Origin: Patescibacteria group bacterium
Lineage (GTDB): Bacteria > Patescibacteriota > Patescibacteriia > Veblenbacterales > UBA10138
DNA: 64,000 bases
Assembly: GCA_018817715.1 (NCBI GenBank)
Contig: JAHITT010000006.1
Location: 218,804 to 282,803, forward strand
Direction: 5' to 3'
Below are positions 51,616 through 59,177 of the stretch, one piece after another (position 1 is the stretch's first letter; the number at the start of each line of letters is the position of its first letter). Under the pieces are notes generated by a model. It searched no databases and was not told the DNA's origin. It saw only the letters and a program-made list of their open reading frames with translations. The translations under genes were made by a program, and so were the position numbers.

Positions 51616-51842
51616 GGAACCACACAACTTAACAACTGTGATATCTCTCCATACCCATCCAGTCTGCCATGCGACATCCGCCGAAGCTAACTTACGTTTA
51701 TAGCTGGCAACTAATCCACACCACCTTCACCCACTTCCTTAACTAAAGAGCGTTTTTAGACGGAGGCGGATAAATATTCAACATTTTAAGATATCCTAAC
51801 CTCATAGCCACCTTATCGCCAAAGCTCTTAAAAACTTGCTTG

Positions 51843-51878
51843 CGGGGATTTATGTCCACGTGGACATAAATCCCCGCA
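51843..51878. repeat. 36-bp perfect palindrome (18-bp arms, CACGTG centre)
   Basis: gcggggatttatgtccac|gtggacataaatccccgc. T-runs occur on both strands just outside it (aaaggcttttta on plus; aagcaagttttt on minus), so it could act as a bidirectional terminator or a dimeric-protein binding site. Confidence 0.7.
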
Positions 51879-51910
51879 AAGGCTTTTTACCATATAACAA
51901 GTGTTCTTTT

Positions 51911-51990
51911 GTCATTGCGAGGGAGCACAACGACCGAAGCAATCTTAAATCAGATTGCCACGTCGGCTTTACAATCTCCTCGCAATGACA
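51911..51990. repeat. Hairpin repeat, family member A (12-bp perfect inverted arms around a 55-nt loop)
   Basis: gtcattgcgagg (51911-51922) ... cctcgcaatgac (51978-51989). The loop contains a second stem, gcaatct-taaatc-agattgc. The arm core GTCATT-GNGAG resembles the 26-mer family below. Confidence 0.6.
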
Positions 51991-52027
51991 GGCTAATTAA
52001 TTTATAAATTTTTTTGACAAAATAAAT

Positions 52028-52066
52028 AAGCCGTACAATTAATAATTATAATTAATGTACGGCTCT
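52028..52066. terminator. Bidirectional hairpin terminator after membrane-protein gene 52076-52546
   Basis: agccgtaca-attaataattataattaat-tgtacggct, with T-rich runs on both strands. Confidence 0.45.
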
Positions 52067-52075
52067 TTTAATATT

Positions 52076-52546
52076 TTAGAGAAACGTTTTCAGGCTGTTA
52101 ATAAATGCTGGAGAAAAACGTTTTTTATCCTCCTGGATTAATTTTGCTTTTTTCGCCAGCAAATCATTAAAATTAGAAATTGCTTTGCTTAAGCCTCCTA
52201 CCACAACAGCCAAACCGATAACCAAATACGCCAAACCTTTAAAAAACAAATATATAAGGGTAAAGAGATTATAAAAACCTCTGGCATAATTGGCACGGAC
52301 ATTTAGATATTTAATACAGATAATTACCGACAAAAACAGAAACAATAACAAGAACATATTCAGAAAATCTGTACCTAGTAAAACGCCTGCGTTAAATGGT
52401 TTGGTAATATTAAACCTTGGATCCTGACCAACCTCATAAAGCACCATTAATATAAGATTAATAAATGCTACAAAGGTTATAATAGCGAATAACAGGAGAA
52501 AAAAATCAATAATTGTTTTTTTAATAAACAACATTGCCTTTTTCAT
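52076..52546 (-). CDS. Hypothetical 4-TM membrane protein
   Basis: 156 aa, hydrophobic helices (FFLLLFAIITFVAFINLILMVLY, FLNMFLLLFLFLSVIICI, LFTLIYLFFKGLAYLVIGLAVVVGG). No motif recognized. Confidence 0.55.
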   Translation of the reverse strand: MKKAMLFIKKTIIDFFLLLFAIITFVAFINLILMVLYEVGQDPRFNITKPFNAGVLLGTDFLNMFLLLFLFLSVIICIKYLNVRANYARGFYNLFTLIYLFFKGLAYLVIGLAVVVGGLSKAISNFNDLLAKKAKLIQEDKKRFSPAFINSLKTFL

Positions 52547-52601
52547 TTTTTTGCCTTTTGGTTGTTAAAGTTATTTTTTTATTTTAATTTTTTAACTATC
52601 T

Positions 52602-52630
52602 ATCATACACCCAAAACCGCCTTTTGTCAA
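52602..52630 (-). promoter_or_regulatory. Sigma70-like promoter for gene 52076-52546
   Basis: Minus strand TTGACA (plus tgtcaa 52625-52630), 17-nt spacer, TATGAT (plus atcata 52602-52607), about 55 nt upstream of the ATG at 52546. Confidence 0.45.
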
Positions 52631-52765
52631 TACTTAAAGAACAAAAAGGCTAATACTAAACAAATATAGGTAAAACCAAATGTTCTACAATCTATTATAA
52701 ACTATTTTTAATAAAAACATTAATAAATACAACCAAATGTAAATAAAATGTCTTGGGTCCAGCTA

Positions 52766-52793
52766 TTGACAAAATCAACAGTTATGCTATGAT
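52766..52793 (+). promoter_or_regulatory. Strong sigma70-like promoter with extended -10 (divergent from the previous one)
   Basis: TTGACA (52766-52771), 16-nt spacer, tgcTATGAT (TG at 52785-86, -10 at 52788-52793). Drives transcription toward the hairpin repeats and the signal-peptide protein gene. Confidence 0.5.
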
Positions 52794-52839
52794 ATAACGT
52801 TACAGTTTTTTACTCTAGAACCTTAAAAAATAGTTGCTT

Positions 52840-52926
52840 GTCATTCTGAACAAAGTGAAGAATCTTATATTTGTTATTTTTGTATATTGCTTAAATTTAG
52901 AGATCCTTCGCTACGCTCAGGATGAC
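52840..52926. repeat. Hairpin repeat, family member B (26-nt inverted arms, 34-nt loop)
   Basis: gtcattctgaacaaagtgaagaatct (52840-52865) and its inverted partner agatccttcgctacgctcaggatgac (52901-52926). 20/26 complementary plus G-U pairs. Confidence 0.65.
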
Positions 52927-52950
52927 AAATACTAATAAACAATAATAAAG

Positions 52951-53055
52951 CCCGGTGTTGGCAGGTTTAACTACCCCGTCGACGGGTAGTGTTTTTATGA
53001 ACCTGCCAGGCGTCGCCGGGTATAAAATTCAAAAGCAGACTGCGCCGTCTGCAAC
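52951..53055 (+). promoter_or_regulatory. GC-rich structured leader / attenuator-like element upstream of the beta-barrel-like gene
   Basis: Nested stems ggcaggtt...aacctgcc enclosing the palindrome ctaccccgtcgacgggtag followed by tgttttta (terminator-like), then a second stem gcagac-tgcgcc-gtctgc (53036-53053), directly before RBS AAGGAG (53058-53063). Confidence 0.4.
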
Positions 53056-53069
53056 ATAAGGAGTACAAA

Positions 53070-53600
53070 TTGAAAAATCTACTAACAACCATCGTCGTCA
53101 TCTTTTTGATGACTGTATCCGTTTTTGCTCAAACAAAAACGGATAAGGCTATCCGATTTTATCCCAGCTACATATTTGTGGCTGGTGTACGCGCACATAA
53201 CGGACCCGGCTTGGTAATTTCCTTGCCAGGAGAAACCGGCAAATTCCGCGTAATGTTTTTTGCCAAATCTCTAGCTTGGGGCGTTTATGAAGAACGAGGG
53301 CTAGGTCTTGAATATTCTAAGTTATTAAACCAACCCACTGACAACCCTCGGTACCGTATTACTGGTGGTACAATCTACAGCGTCGAAAATCTATATGGTG
53401 ACGCTAGGTTGCCGGAAAAAATGTTAACCCTATATTGCGGCGGAAGCATGGTGTACGATATAACTTCATTCTTAACAACTGAGGTCGTACTGGCACCAGC
53501 ATTTACCACTCTGGTGAGTTTACCATCGGATTATTGGTTCCGTACGGATGGCTCACAATTTGGTTTATCCGGACGTATCGCTTTCAGGTTTAAAATGTAA
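53070..53600 (+). CDS. Secreted beta-barrel-like protein (OmpX/OmpW-like small outer-membrane-protein architecture), TTG start
   Basis: TTG at 53070, 6 nt after AAGGAG. Signal peptide MKNLLTTIVVIFLMTVSVFAQ-TK. Alternating hydrophobic/aromatic beta-strand pattern throughout, C-terminal ...GRIAFRFKM. GC markedly higher than the genome background. Confidence 0.55.
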   Translation: MKNLLTTIVVIFLMTVSVFAQTKTDKAIRFYPSYIFVAGVRAHNGPGLVISLPGETGKFRVMFFAKSLAWGVYEERGLGLEYSKLLNQPTDNPRYRITGGTIYSVENLYGDARLPEKMLTLYCGGSMVYDITSFLTTEVVLAPAFTTLVSLPSDYWFRTDGSQFGLSGRIAFRFKM

Positions 53601-53657
53601 AAAGGAAAAACAGTAAAAATAATTAAATAATTAAAAACCAATTAAAAAGGTGACAAA

Positions 53658-54437
53658 ATGACTAACCTTGAAATAATATTAATCGTAATTGCAAGTTCTT
53701 TGGTAATGTCTGGTTTAATCGGCCTAGCAATTTATCTTACACGCCGACAAAACCAAGACGATCTTAATAACACCAATCCTTGCCACGGACCATTACCAGT
53801 ACCCAACTCAAATATACACATACCGGAACAAAATATTCCATTAACAGCCTGGCTAAATATGTGCAACAGAAGACGTATGCCAGTTTGGGGATGGTTCATG
53901 ATTGGATTATTATTTGTTCTAACCGTTGTATTTTTATCATTATTTACTTTGGGCAACCAAACATCAGCCACTAACACTGAAAAACCTGAAGCTGTCACTA
54001 CTATCAATACTCCAGTTCCGGCACCATTACCTGTTCCACAATTTCCAAATGATTATGCAAAAAAAGCCGACGTTGATTCTGCAACAGCAAAAATAACCGG
54101 TGCGATATCGCAACATGATAAAAACTTAACTGACCACCGTCAATCTTCCGGCCGCGGATACGCCGCTGCCAAAAAACAACGCGAAGAAATTCTCACTGTT
54201 GTTAATGCAAATGGCGGTAAATTAGACAACATCTCAAAACAAGTCGCTGACCTTGACGCCAGTATCACCTTACTTAGGGGCGAACTCATCATAATGGTAG
54301 ATGAATTAAAAACCGCACTAGCCGATTCATCTACTACCCAAAAAATCAATTCCTTAACGGACGAAATTAACCAGCTCCGTTTACGAATTGAAACTTTGGA
54401 AAAACAAAAAAATAATCTAGTCGGCGACCCCGATTAA
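53658..54437 (+). CDS. Hypothetical membrane protein with Pro-rich linker and C-terminal coiled-coil
   Basis: 259 aa, two TM helices (IILIVIASSLVMSGLIGLAIYL; VWGWFMIGLLFVLTVVFLSLFTL), a PxP-rich segment (TPVPAPLPVPQFP), then heptad-like ...LDASITLLRGELIIMVDELKTALADS...INQLRLRIETLEKQKNNL. Confidence 0.5.
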   Translation: MTNLEIILIVIASSLVMSGLIGLAIYLTRRQNQDDLNNTNPCHGPLPVPNSNIHIPEQNIPLTAWLNMCNRRRMPVWGWFMIGLLFVLTVVFLSLFTLGNQTSATNTEKPEAVTTINTPVPAPLPVPQFPNDYAKKADVDSATAKITGAISQHDKNLTDHRQSSGRGYAAAKKQREEILTVVNANGGKLDNISKQVADLDASITLLRGELIIMVDELKTALADSSTTQKINSLTDEINQLRLRIETLEKQKNNLVGDPD

Positions 54438-54459
54438 TCTACAAAAATATAATATTGAC

Positions 54460-54493
54460 AGAGACTGCTCACAAGGCAGTCTCTATTTATTTA
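54460..54493 (+). terminator. Intrinsic terminator of the 53070-54437 transcription unit
   Basis: 9-bp stem agagactgc / gcagtctct with loop tcacaag, then atttattta. Confidence 0.5.
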
Positions 54494-54511
54494 CTTAAAT
54501 AACTGTATTAG

Positions 54512-54582
54512 AGATTCTTCGCTACGCTCAGAATGACGTTAGACAGTCATCCTGAACGAAGCGCTAGTGAAGTGAAGGATCT
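54512..54582. repeat. Hairpin repeat, family member C (26-mer plus inverted partner, 8-nt loop)
   Basis: agattcttcgctacgctcagaatgac (54512-54537), identical to the copy at 54908-54933 and 24/26 to the copy at 52901-52926. Partner gtcatcctgaacgaagcgctagtgaagtgaaggatct (54546-54582). Confidence 0.7.
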
Positions 54583-54584
54583 CG

Positions 54585-54866
54585 CTATTCAATTAAATCT
54601 CTAAATTCCGGATTAATCGTTTTAATTAAATCTATTTTTCTTTGCCTAGTCCAACCTTTTATTTTCTTTTCTACAGTAATAGCCTGCTGTGGCGAACTAA
54701 ACTCTTCAAAAAAGACTAATTTATTTACTTTATATTTATTGGTAAATCCAGGCACTAACTTATTCTTATGTTCATGCATCCGCCTATCTAAATTATTAGT
54801 CACTCCGGTATACAAAACCGTATTGCTTTTATTAGTAACAATATACACATAACAACGTTTAATCAT
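54585..54866 (-). CDS. GIY-YIG nuclease-superfamily small protein (YhbQ/UPF0213-like)
   Basis: 93 aa. CYVYIVTN...VLYTGVTNNLDRRMHEHKN contains the GIY, YIG, conserved Arg and Glu positions of the GIY-YIG fold. Flanked on both sides by identical 26-bp direct repeats. Confidence 0.8.
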   Translation of the reverse strand: MIKRCYVYIVTNKSNTVLYTGVTNNLDRRMHEHKNKLVPGFTNKYKVNKLVFFEEFSSPQQAITVEKKIKGWTRQRKIDLIKTINPEFRDLIE

Positions 54867-54907
54867 ACCCTCCTATGATTAATTATTAGACTGTTTTTTT
54901 AAAATTA

Positions 54908-55044
54908 AGATTCTTCGCTACGCTCAGAATGACAATGAAAATAAACGCAACGAAGAATAATAATAAAAATATAATACAGCTTAAAATGACAACAAAAAAA
55001 CCTGGCTCAGAATGACGACACAAATAAACGTGACTAAGAATGAC
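54908..55044. repeat. Hairpin repeat, family member D plus degenerate partial copies
   Basis: agattcttcgctacgctcagaatgac (54908-54933), degenerate partner ...cgcaacgaagaata (54945-54958), then partial cores aaaatgac (54984-90), gctcagaatgacg (55005-17), actaagaatgac (55033-44). Confidence 0.6.
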
Positions 55045-55069
55045 ATCAAGACAAACTAAGGAGGTAAAA

Positions 55070-58000
55070 TTACTTTTCCTTTAATAATTTTTCGGCTTTT
55101 TCTATAGCATCTTGGGCTTTAAGCCTAGCTTCCAATTCCTCAGCCTGGCGAATAGCCTCCTGAGCGGCGATTTTAGATTTTTCTAAATCCGAATTAAGCT
55201 TAACAGATTCAACATTATTAATTTTATCATCTACAACAGCTGGCTTATCCACAATCTCAACCTGACTAACTGTTTGCTGAGGAGTTATTGACTGTTCCAC
55301 TGCCTGAACATTATCACCTTTAAAATGCCAACTAGCTAAAACGCCCTTTTTATCTACAAAATACTGATGCAAGTTCTCCCCAACCGTGCCACTATTAGCT
55401 CCTTGTAATTTAGGCTCCATATCATGAAACCAATTTTCTATGGTGGAATTATTATTAAACATTAAAAAACCTTTACCAAAATGATTTTCCAAACTAGAAA
55501 GTTTAAAATCTTTTACATCCATAGACATTATTTGTCTGGCTTCCTCGTTACTAAAATCCGCGCCTAATTTACTTAAAACAACCTGCTCATTCAAAGCTAT
55601 GCGATTGGCTATTTGTTTATTATCTAAATAAAAACTTTCATTAAAATGAGATTTATCTGCTATAGGCAATTCCACCGCCTTATTTAACAAAGGTGTTTTA
55701 ACATCAGCAATAAATTTATCTCCCTCAACAGTCCAGCCCAAATTTTTATCTGAACTATAAAACATTTTATCCACAAACCTGTAATCCACCGACTTAAAAC
55801 CATTACCTTTTATAGTTTGGCCTATTTCCCATAACTTATTAGCTTTGGTTGGTGATAAATCCGCTAAATTTGTTTTAGTTGACAAATAACTACCAAAATC
55901 CGTATCCCGCAAATACTGCGGCGCTTTACTACCCACGTGTTCGGCCAATTCAGTTATACGGCCGCTCTTAGCGCTTTGTAGGGTGGTTATTATATCGGCC
56001 TTATCTAATCCAGTATGACCAGCTGACCACTCAGCCACCAACAACTTATCGGCCGCTCCCCAATTTTGACCAGCTTCGCCTATAGCCTTGTCTACCTTAT
56101 CGATTGTTTGGTTAAAAATTTCATAAGATGATTGAACTTGGTTAGCATAATCATCACCATAATCAGCCGCATCTACTGAATAAAGTATTTCGTGACTTTG
56201 ACTGTCCACCAATAAACTACCTTTAGTGCCATCTTGACCCAAAAACTCATAAGCTGTTAAACCGCTATTACCGCCAGCTGGCATAGCCGTTTCCACTAAA
56301 CTTCCTTGTTTATATTCGCTGTTCCACCAATCTAGGTTTTCAGTTTTTATAGGCTCAACCTCAATAGTTTTAGGAATCGGCGCCTGCTGATACACATCTT
56401 GACTATCTAAACCCTGGCCAAATTCGTAATGGGCCTTGCCATCAGCCCCTATAACAAAACGAATTTGCTCGCCTTGAGCTGAACTTTTTAATCTTAATTC
56501 CCCTTGTTCAGTAACATAACCTTCATCTATAGCTGTTTGATGCGCTAACCTATTGGCAAATTCTCTAACAGCTTTGCTATTAGTTAAATCACCGTCAAAA
56601 CCGAATTTTTTAGGATTATCTAAAATCTGCTCAATAGCTTTGTGTTCTATACCCTCGCCCGAACCAACAGTTGCTATGTCTATATCTTTCTGCCAACGGA
56701 CAGTTATTTCTTCAGCTGTTGGCACCTTATTACCAGCAAACATTTCCGGATGGTTGGCTTTAAAATTCTGTAATAATTCCGGTGTCATTGATTGGCCATT
56801 AATTTTGGTATTTGATATTGCTTCATCCAAGGCGCGCAAATAATCAGCCTGGGTTTTTATAGTAGTCGCATCCGCTGTTTGTAAATCAGGAATCTTAAAA
56901 CCATATTTATGAGACAAAGCATCTATAACCGCACCGTCCTGCAAAGTACTTTCTGAAAATTGAGGCGAACTAGATTGATTTATTATTTCCGAAACATCTT
57001 GCGTTTTTGAACCACTGCTAAATAAATGCCCAGCGCCTTCTTTAACTAAACCACCCAAATAGGCAAACCCAGCACCTAAGGCAGCACCTTTGGTTATCTG
57101 CCATAATAATTTAGAGGCTTTGCGACTACCTACTATATCTTCATGTGTTTTAATAAAACTTTTTAGTCTTTGCTCAATAGTTAAACCATCCACATCCACC
57201 AATAATTTACTATCGCCAGCTACAACCGTCGTTTCCGCCAAACTTAAATATTTTAATAGTTCATATTTATTAAACAAATTTTTATCATTGGCGCCAAAAT
57301 CTATCAAACCCTTATCCAGTTTATCTTTGGTATAAAAAATTCTAGTTTTTAACAAACCTCTTAATTCCTGTTTCTTTTCCTCGTCAGCCGACTCGTAATC
57401 ATTTAATAATTTTTCTATTTTCCCCTTAGCCTGTTCAGCTGTGACAAAAGCCTTATCAGCTTTTTTTAAACCAGCTTCATATAATTGAGCATTTAAACGG
57501 CTACTTTCTTCTATGGCTTGCAAAATATTTCCATGTAATTCTCTTACTTCCTGGGGTATTTCGTGAGTGGGATCGTCTATATCGACCACATTACTAACCA
57601 ATTGTTTAACTTCCAGTAATTCTCGAGCCCTTACTAATCTTTCTTTATTAGCTTTAATTTTTTCCTTTAAATTTTTTTCGTCTTTAGAGGTAAAATCCAC
57701 ACCGCGTCGACGAGCTGATTCTGTTTCCGCCATATCCTGCTTAAACCTGCGCCAAGCCAAAGTAGCGCCTGAAGCAGCCGCTACCACTGGCGCTGCCCAA
57801 ACGCCTAAAGCACCCGCTACTAAGGCCCGACTACCCAAACCACCTAAAAAGTAAGTACCTCTTTCTGTGGCCACATTACCTAAAGCTTTAACCCAAAATT
57901 TATTCGAATCAACCTGCTTTAAAGCTTTCTCTATATTAGGGTTAGCTTTAAATAATCTTTCCATTTGTACCTGATAATCAATATCCTTGGTTGCCAAAGC

Positions 58001-59128
58001 GGCTTCTTTGTCATTACCCAACTTATCTTTTTTTAACTGCAACAAATCAGCTAAAGCCTGTTTGTAATCTTTCTTGGCTTGGCTGAATTCTTTTTGCTCT
58101 GTGCGACTAGCGGCTGGCAAAGACCATTCATAGGGTATTTTACTAAAAATCGTGGCTGCTTTATTAAAATTGGCTAATTTGGCCTGGTCAGTTGAATTTA
58201 ATTCTTGACGGCTACCACCAACCGCAACTTTAACATAGTCCTCAGCTCGACCCCCGTAAGATACTTCTATTTGCCCTAAACTATTAATTGTTGCATCCAA
58301 TCCACTATCCTTTATTATTGTTATTAAAGCTTCCATATCAGCCCGCTGCTCGGCCAAACCACCCTGTTTGGACTTGGTATATTTAACCTTGGTTTCCTTG
58401 GCTACATAATATTTTTTAAGCAGGTTTCTTTTAATTTTAGTAAAAAATTTAGATTCACCTGTTTCCTTCTTATAATCATCTAAAGCTTCACTTTTTATTC
58501 TGGATAAAGTCGTTTGCTTTAAATTTTCCAATAACAAAGCTTGCTGACCAACAGTTAAATCAACAAAACCGGGAACACTATTTAATTCTTCTGGTTTTAT
58601 GTTAAAAAATTTGGCAAACTCAACTGCTAACTTATCTGCTCTAACAACCTCTGGCGCCATTACCGGCTGAACCGGTTCGGCCTCCACAACCGACTGATCC
58701 ATTACTACTGGCTCCACCTGAGAAGAATTGTCCGTTTTTTTATCTACTGACGGCAAACCAACTTGATTTTTATATTCTTCCATAAAACCTTTTAAGGCTT
58801 TTCTAATCTCACTATTGGTAGTTCGCTTAATTTTATTCTTATCCAACCAATCTAAATCGTCTTTATTTAATTTACTTAACCCACCTTTTTTTAATATAGA
58901 AAAAGATTGATTATAATTTTCCTCGGTTAAAGGAATAATATTTATAACCCCTTTTAATTTCTCTGGCTCTTTCTCTTGACTAATTTTGGTAATATTATCA
59001 GCGGCCTGAACAAAAGCCTCATCAAAATCAGCCGGATTTACTTTGTCCACAGAACCACTGTTGGCAGAATCTTCCTTACCTTGATTAAGCAATTTGTTTA
59101 TCTCGTCTTGTGATAATATCTCAACCAT
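55070..59128 (-). CDS. Large hypothetical membrane-associated protein (1352 aa)
   Basis: Continuous 4.06-kb ORF. Two Gly/Ala-rich hydrophobic segments (GTYFLGGLGSRALVAGALGVWAAPVVAAASGATLAW at about aa 430; GAALGAGFAYLGGLVKEGAGHLF at about aa 690). C-terminal Ala/Glu/Lys coiled-coil (AAQEAIRQAEELEARLKAQDAIEKAEKLLKEK). No catalytic motif recognized. Confidence 0.65.
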   Translation of the reverse strand: MVEILSQDEINKLLNQGKEDSANSGSVDKVNPADFDEAFVQAADNITKISQEKEPEKLKGVINIIPLTEENYNQSFSILKKGGLSKLNKDDLDWLDKNKIKRTTNSEIRKALKGFMEEYKNQVGLPSVDKKTDNSSQVEPVVMDQSVVEAEPVQPVMAPEVVRADKLAVEFAKFFNIKPEELNSVPGFVDLTVGQQALLLENLKQTTLSRIKSEALDDYKKETGESKFFTKIKRNLLKKYYVAKETKVKYTKSKQGGLAEQRADMEALITIIKDSGLDATINSLGQIEVSYGGRAEDYVKVAVGGSRQELNSTDQAKLANFNKAATIFSKIPYEWSLPAASRTEQKEFSQAKKDYKQALADLLQLKKDKLGNDKEAALATKDIDYQVQMERLFKANPNIEKALKQVDSNKFWVKALGNVATERGTYFLGGLGSRALVAGALGVWAAPVVAAASGATLAWRRFKQDMAETESARRRGVDFTSKDEKNLKEKIKANKERLVRARELLEVKQLVSNVVDIDDPTHEIPQEVRELHGNILQAIEESSRLNAQLYEAGLKKADKAFVTAEQAKGKIEKLLNDYESADEEKKQELRGLLKTRIFYTKDKLDKGLIDFGANDKNLFNKYELLKYLSLAETTVVAGDSKLLVDVDGLTIEQRLKSFIKTHEDIVGSRKASKLLWQITKGAALGAGFAYLGGLVKEGAGHLFSSGSKTQDVSEIINQSSSPQFSESTLQDGAVIDALSHKYGFKIPDLQTADATTIKTQADYLRALDEAISNTKINGQSMTPELLQNFKANHPEMFAGNKVPTAEEITVRWQKDIDIATVGSGEGIEHKAIEQILDNPKKFGFDGDLTNSKAVREFANRLAHQTAIDEGYVTEQGELRLKSSAQGEQIRFVIGADGKAHYEFGQGLDSQDVYQQAPIPKTIEVEPIKTENLDWWNSEYKQGSLVETAMPAGGNSGLTAYEFLGQDGTKGSLLVDSQSHEILYSVDAADYGDDYANQVQSSYEIFNQTIDKVDKAIGEAGQNWGAADKLLVAEWSAGHTGLDKADIITTLQSAKSGRITELAEHVGSKAPQYLRDTDFGSYLSTKTNLADLSPTKANKLWEIGQTIKGNGFKSVDYRFVDKMFYSSDKNLGWTVEGDKFIADVKTPLLNKAVELPIADKSHFNESFYLDNKQIANRIALNEQVVLSKLGADFSNEEARQIMSMDVKDFKLSSLENHFGKGFLMFNNNSTIENWFHDMEPKLQGANSGTVGENLHQYFVDKKGVLASWHFKGDNVQAVEQSITPQQTVSQVEIVDKPAVVDDKINNVESVKLNSDLEKSKIAAQEAIRQAEELEARLKAQDAIEKAEKLLKEK

Positions 59129-59177
59129 ATTATTTATTACTTAATTATCTTAACAGATAATACTACAACTAAAATAA

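Noticed and set aside
51616-52027. RNase P RNA, SRP (4.5S) RNA or 6S RNA in the ORF-free GC-elevated region
   Set aside because: I could not find the conserved signature strings (RNase P GGAAAGUCCGG / ACAGAAACCCGGCUUA-like blocks, SRP domain IV AGGUCAGGUCCGGAAGGAAGCAGC-like block). It is kept only as a generic candidate ncRNA/regulatory region.
52840-54958. Hairpin repeats as integron attC sites with the intervening genes as integron cassettes
   Set aside because: No intI-like integrase is present in the window, and the repeats lack the R''/R' GTTRRRY core boxes and the extrahelical-base geometry of attC sites. The cassette-like arrangement is kept as a finding, but the integron interpretation itself is unsupported.
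55058-55065. AAGGAGGT Shine-Dalgarno-like sequence on the plus strand
   Set aside because: No start codon or open frame follows on the plus strand. It overlaps the stop region of the 1352-aa minus-strand gene, so it is likely fortuitous.
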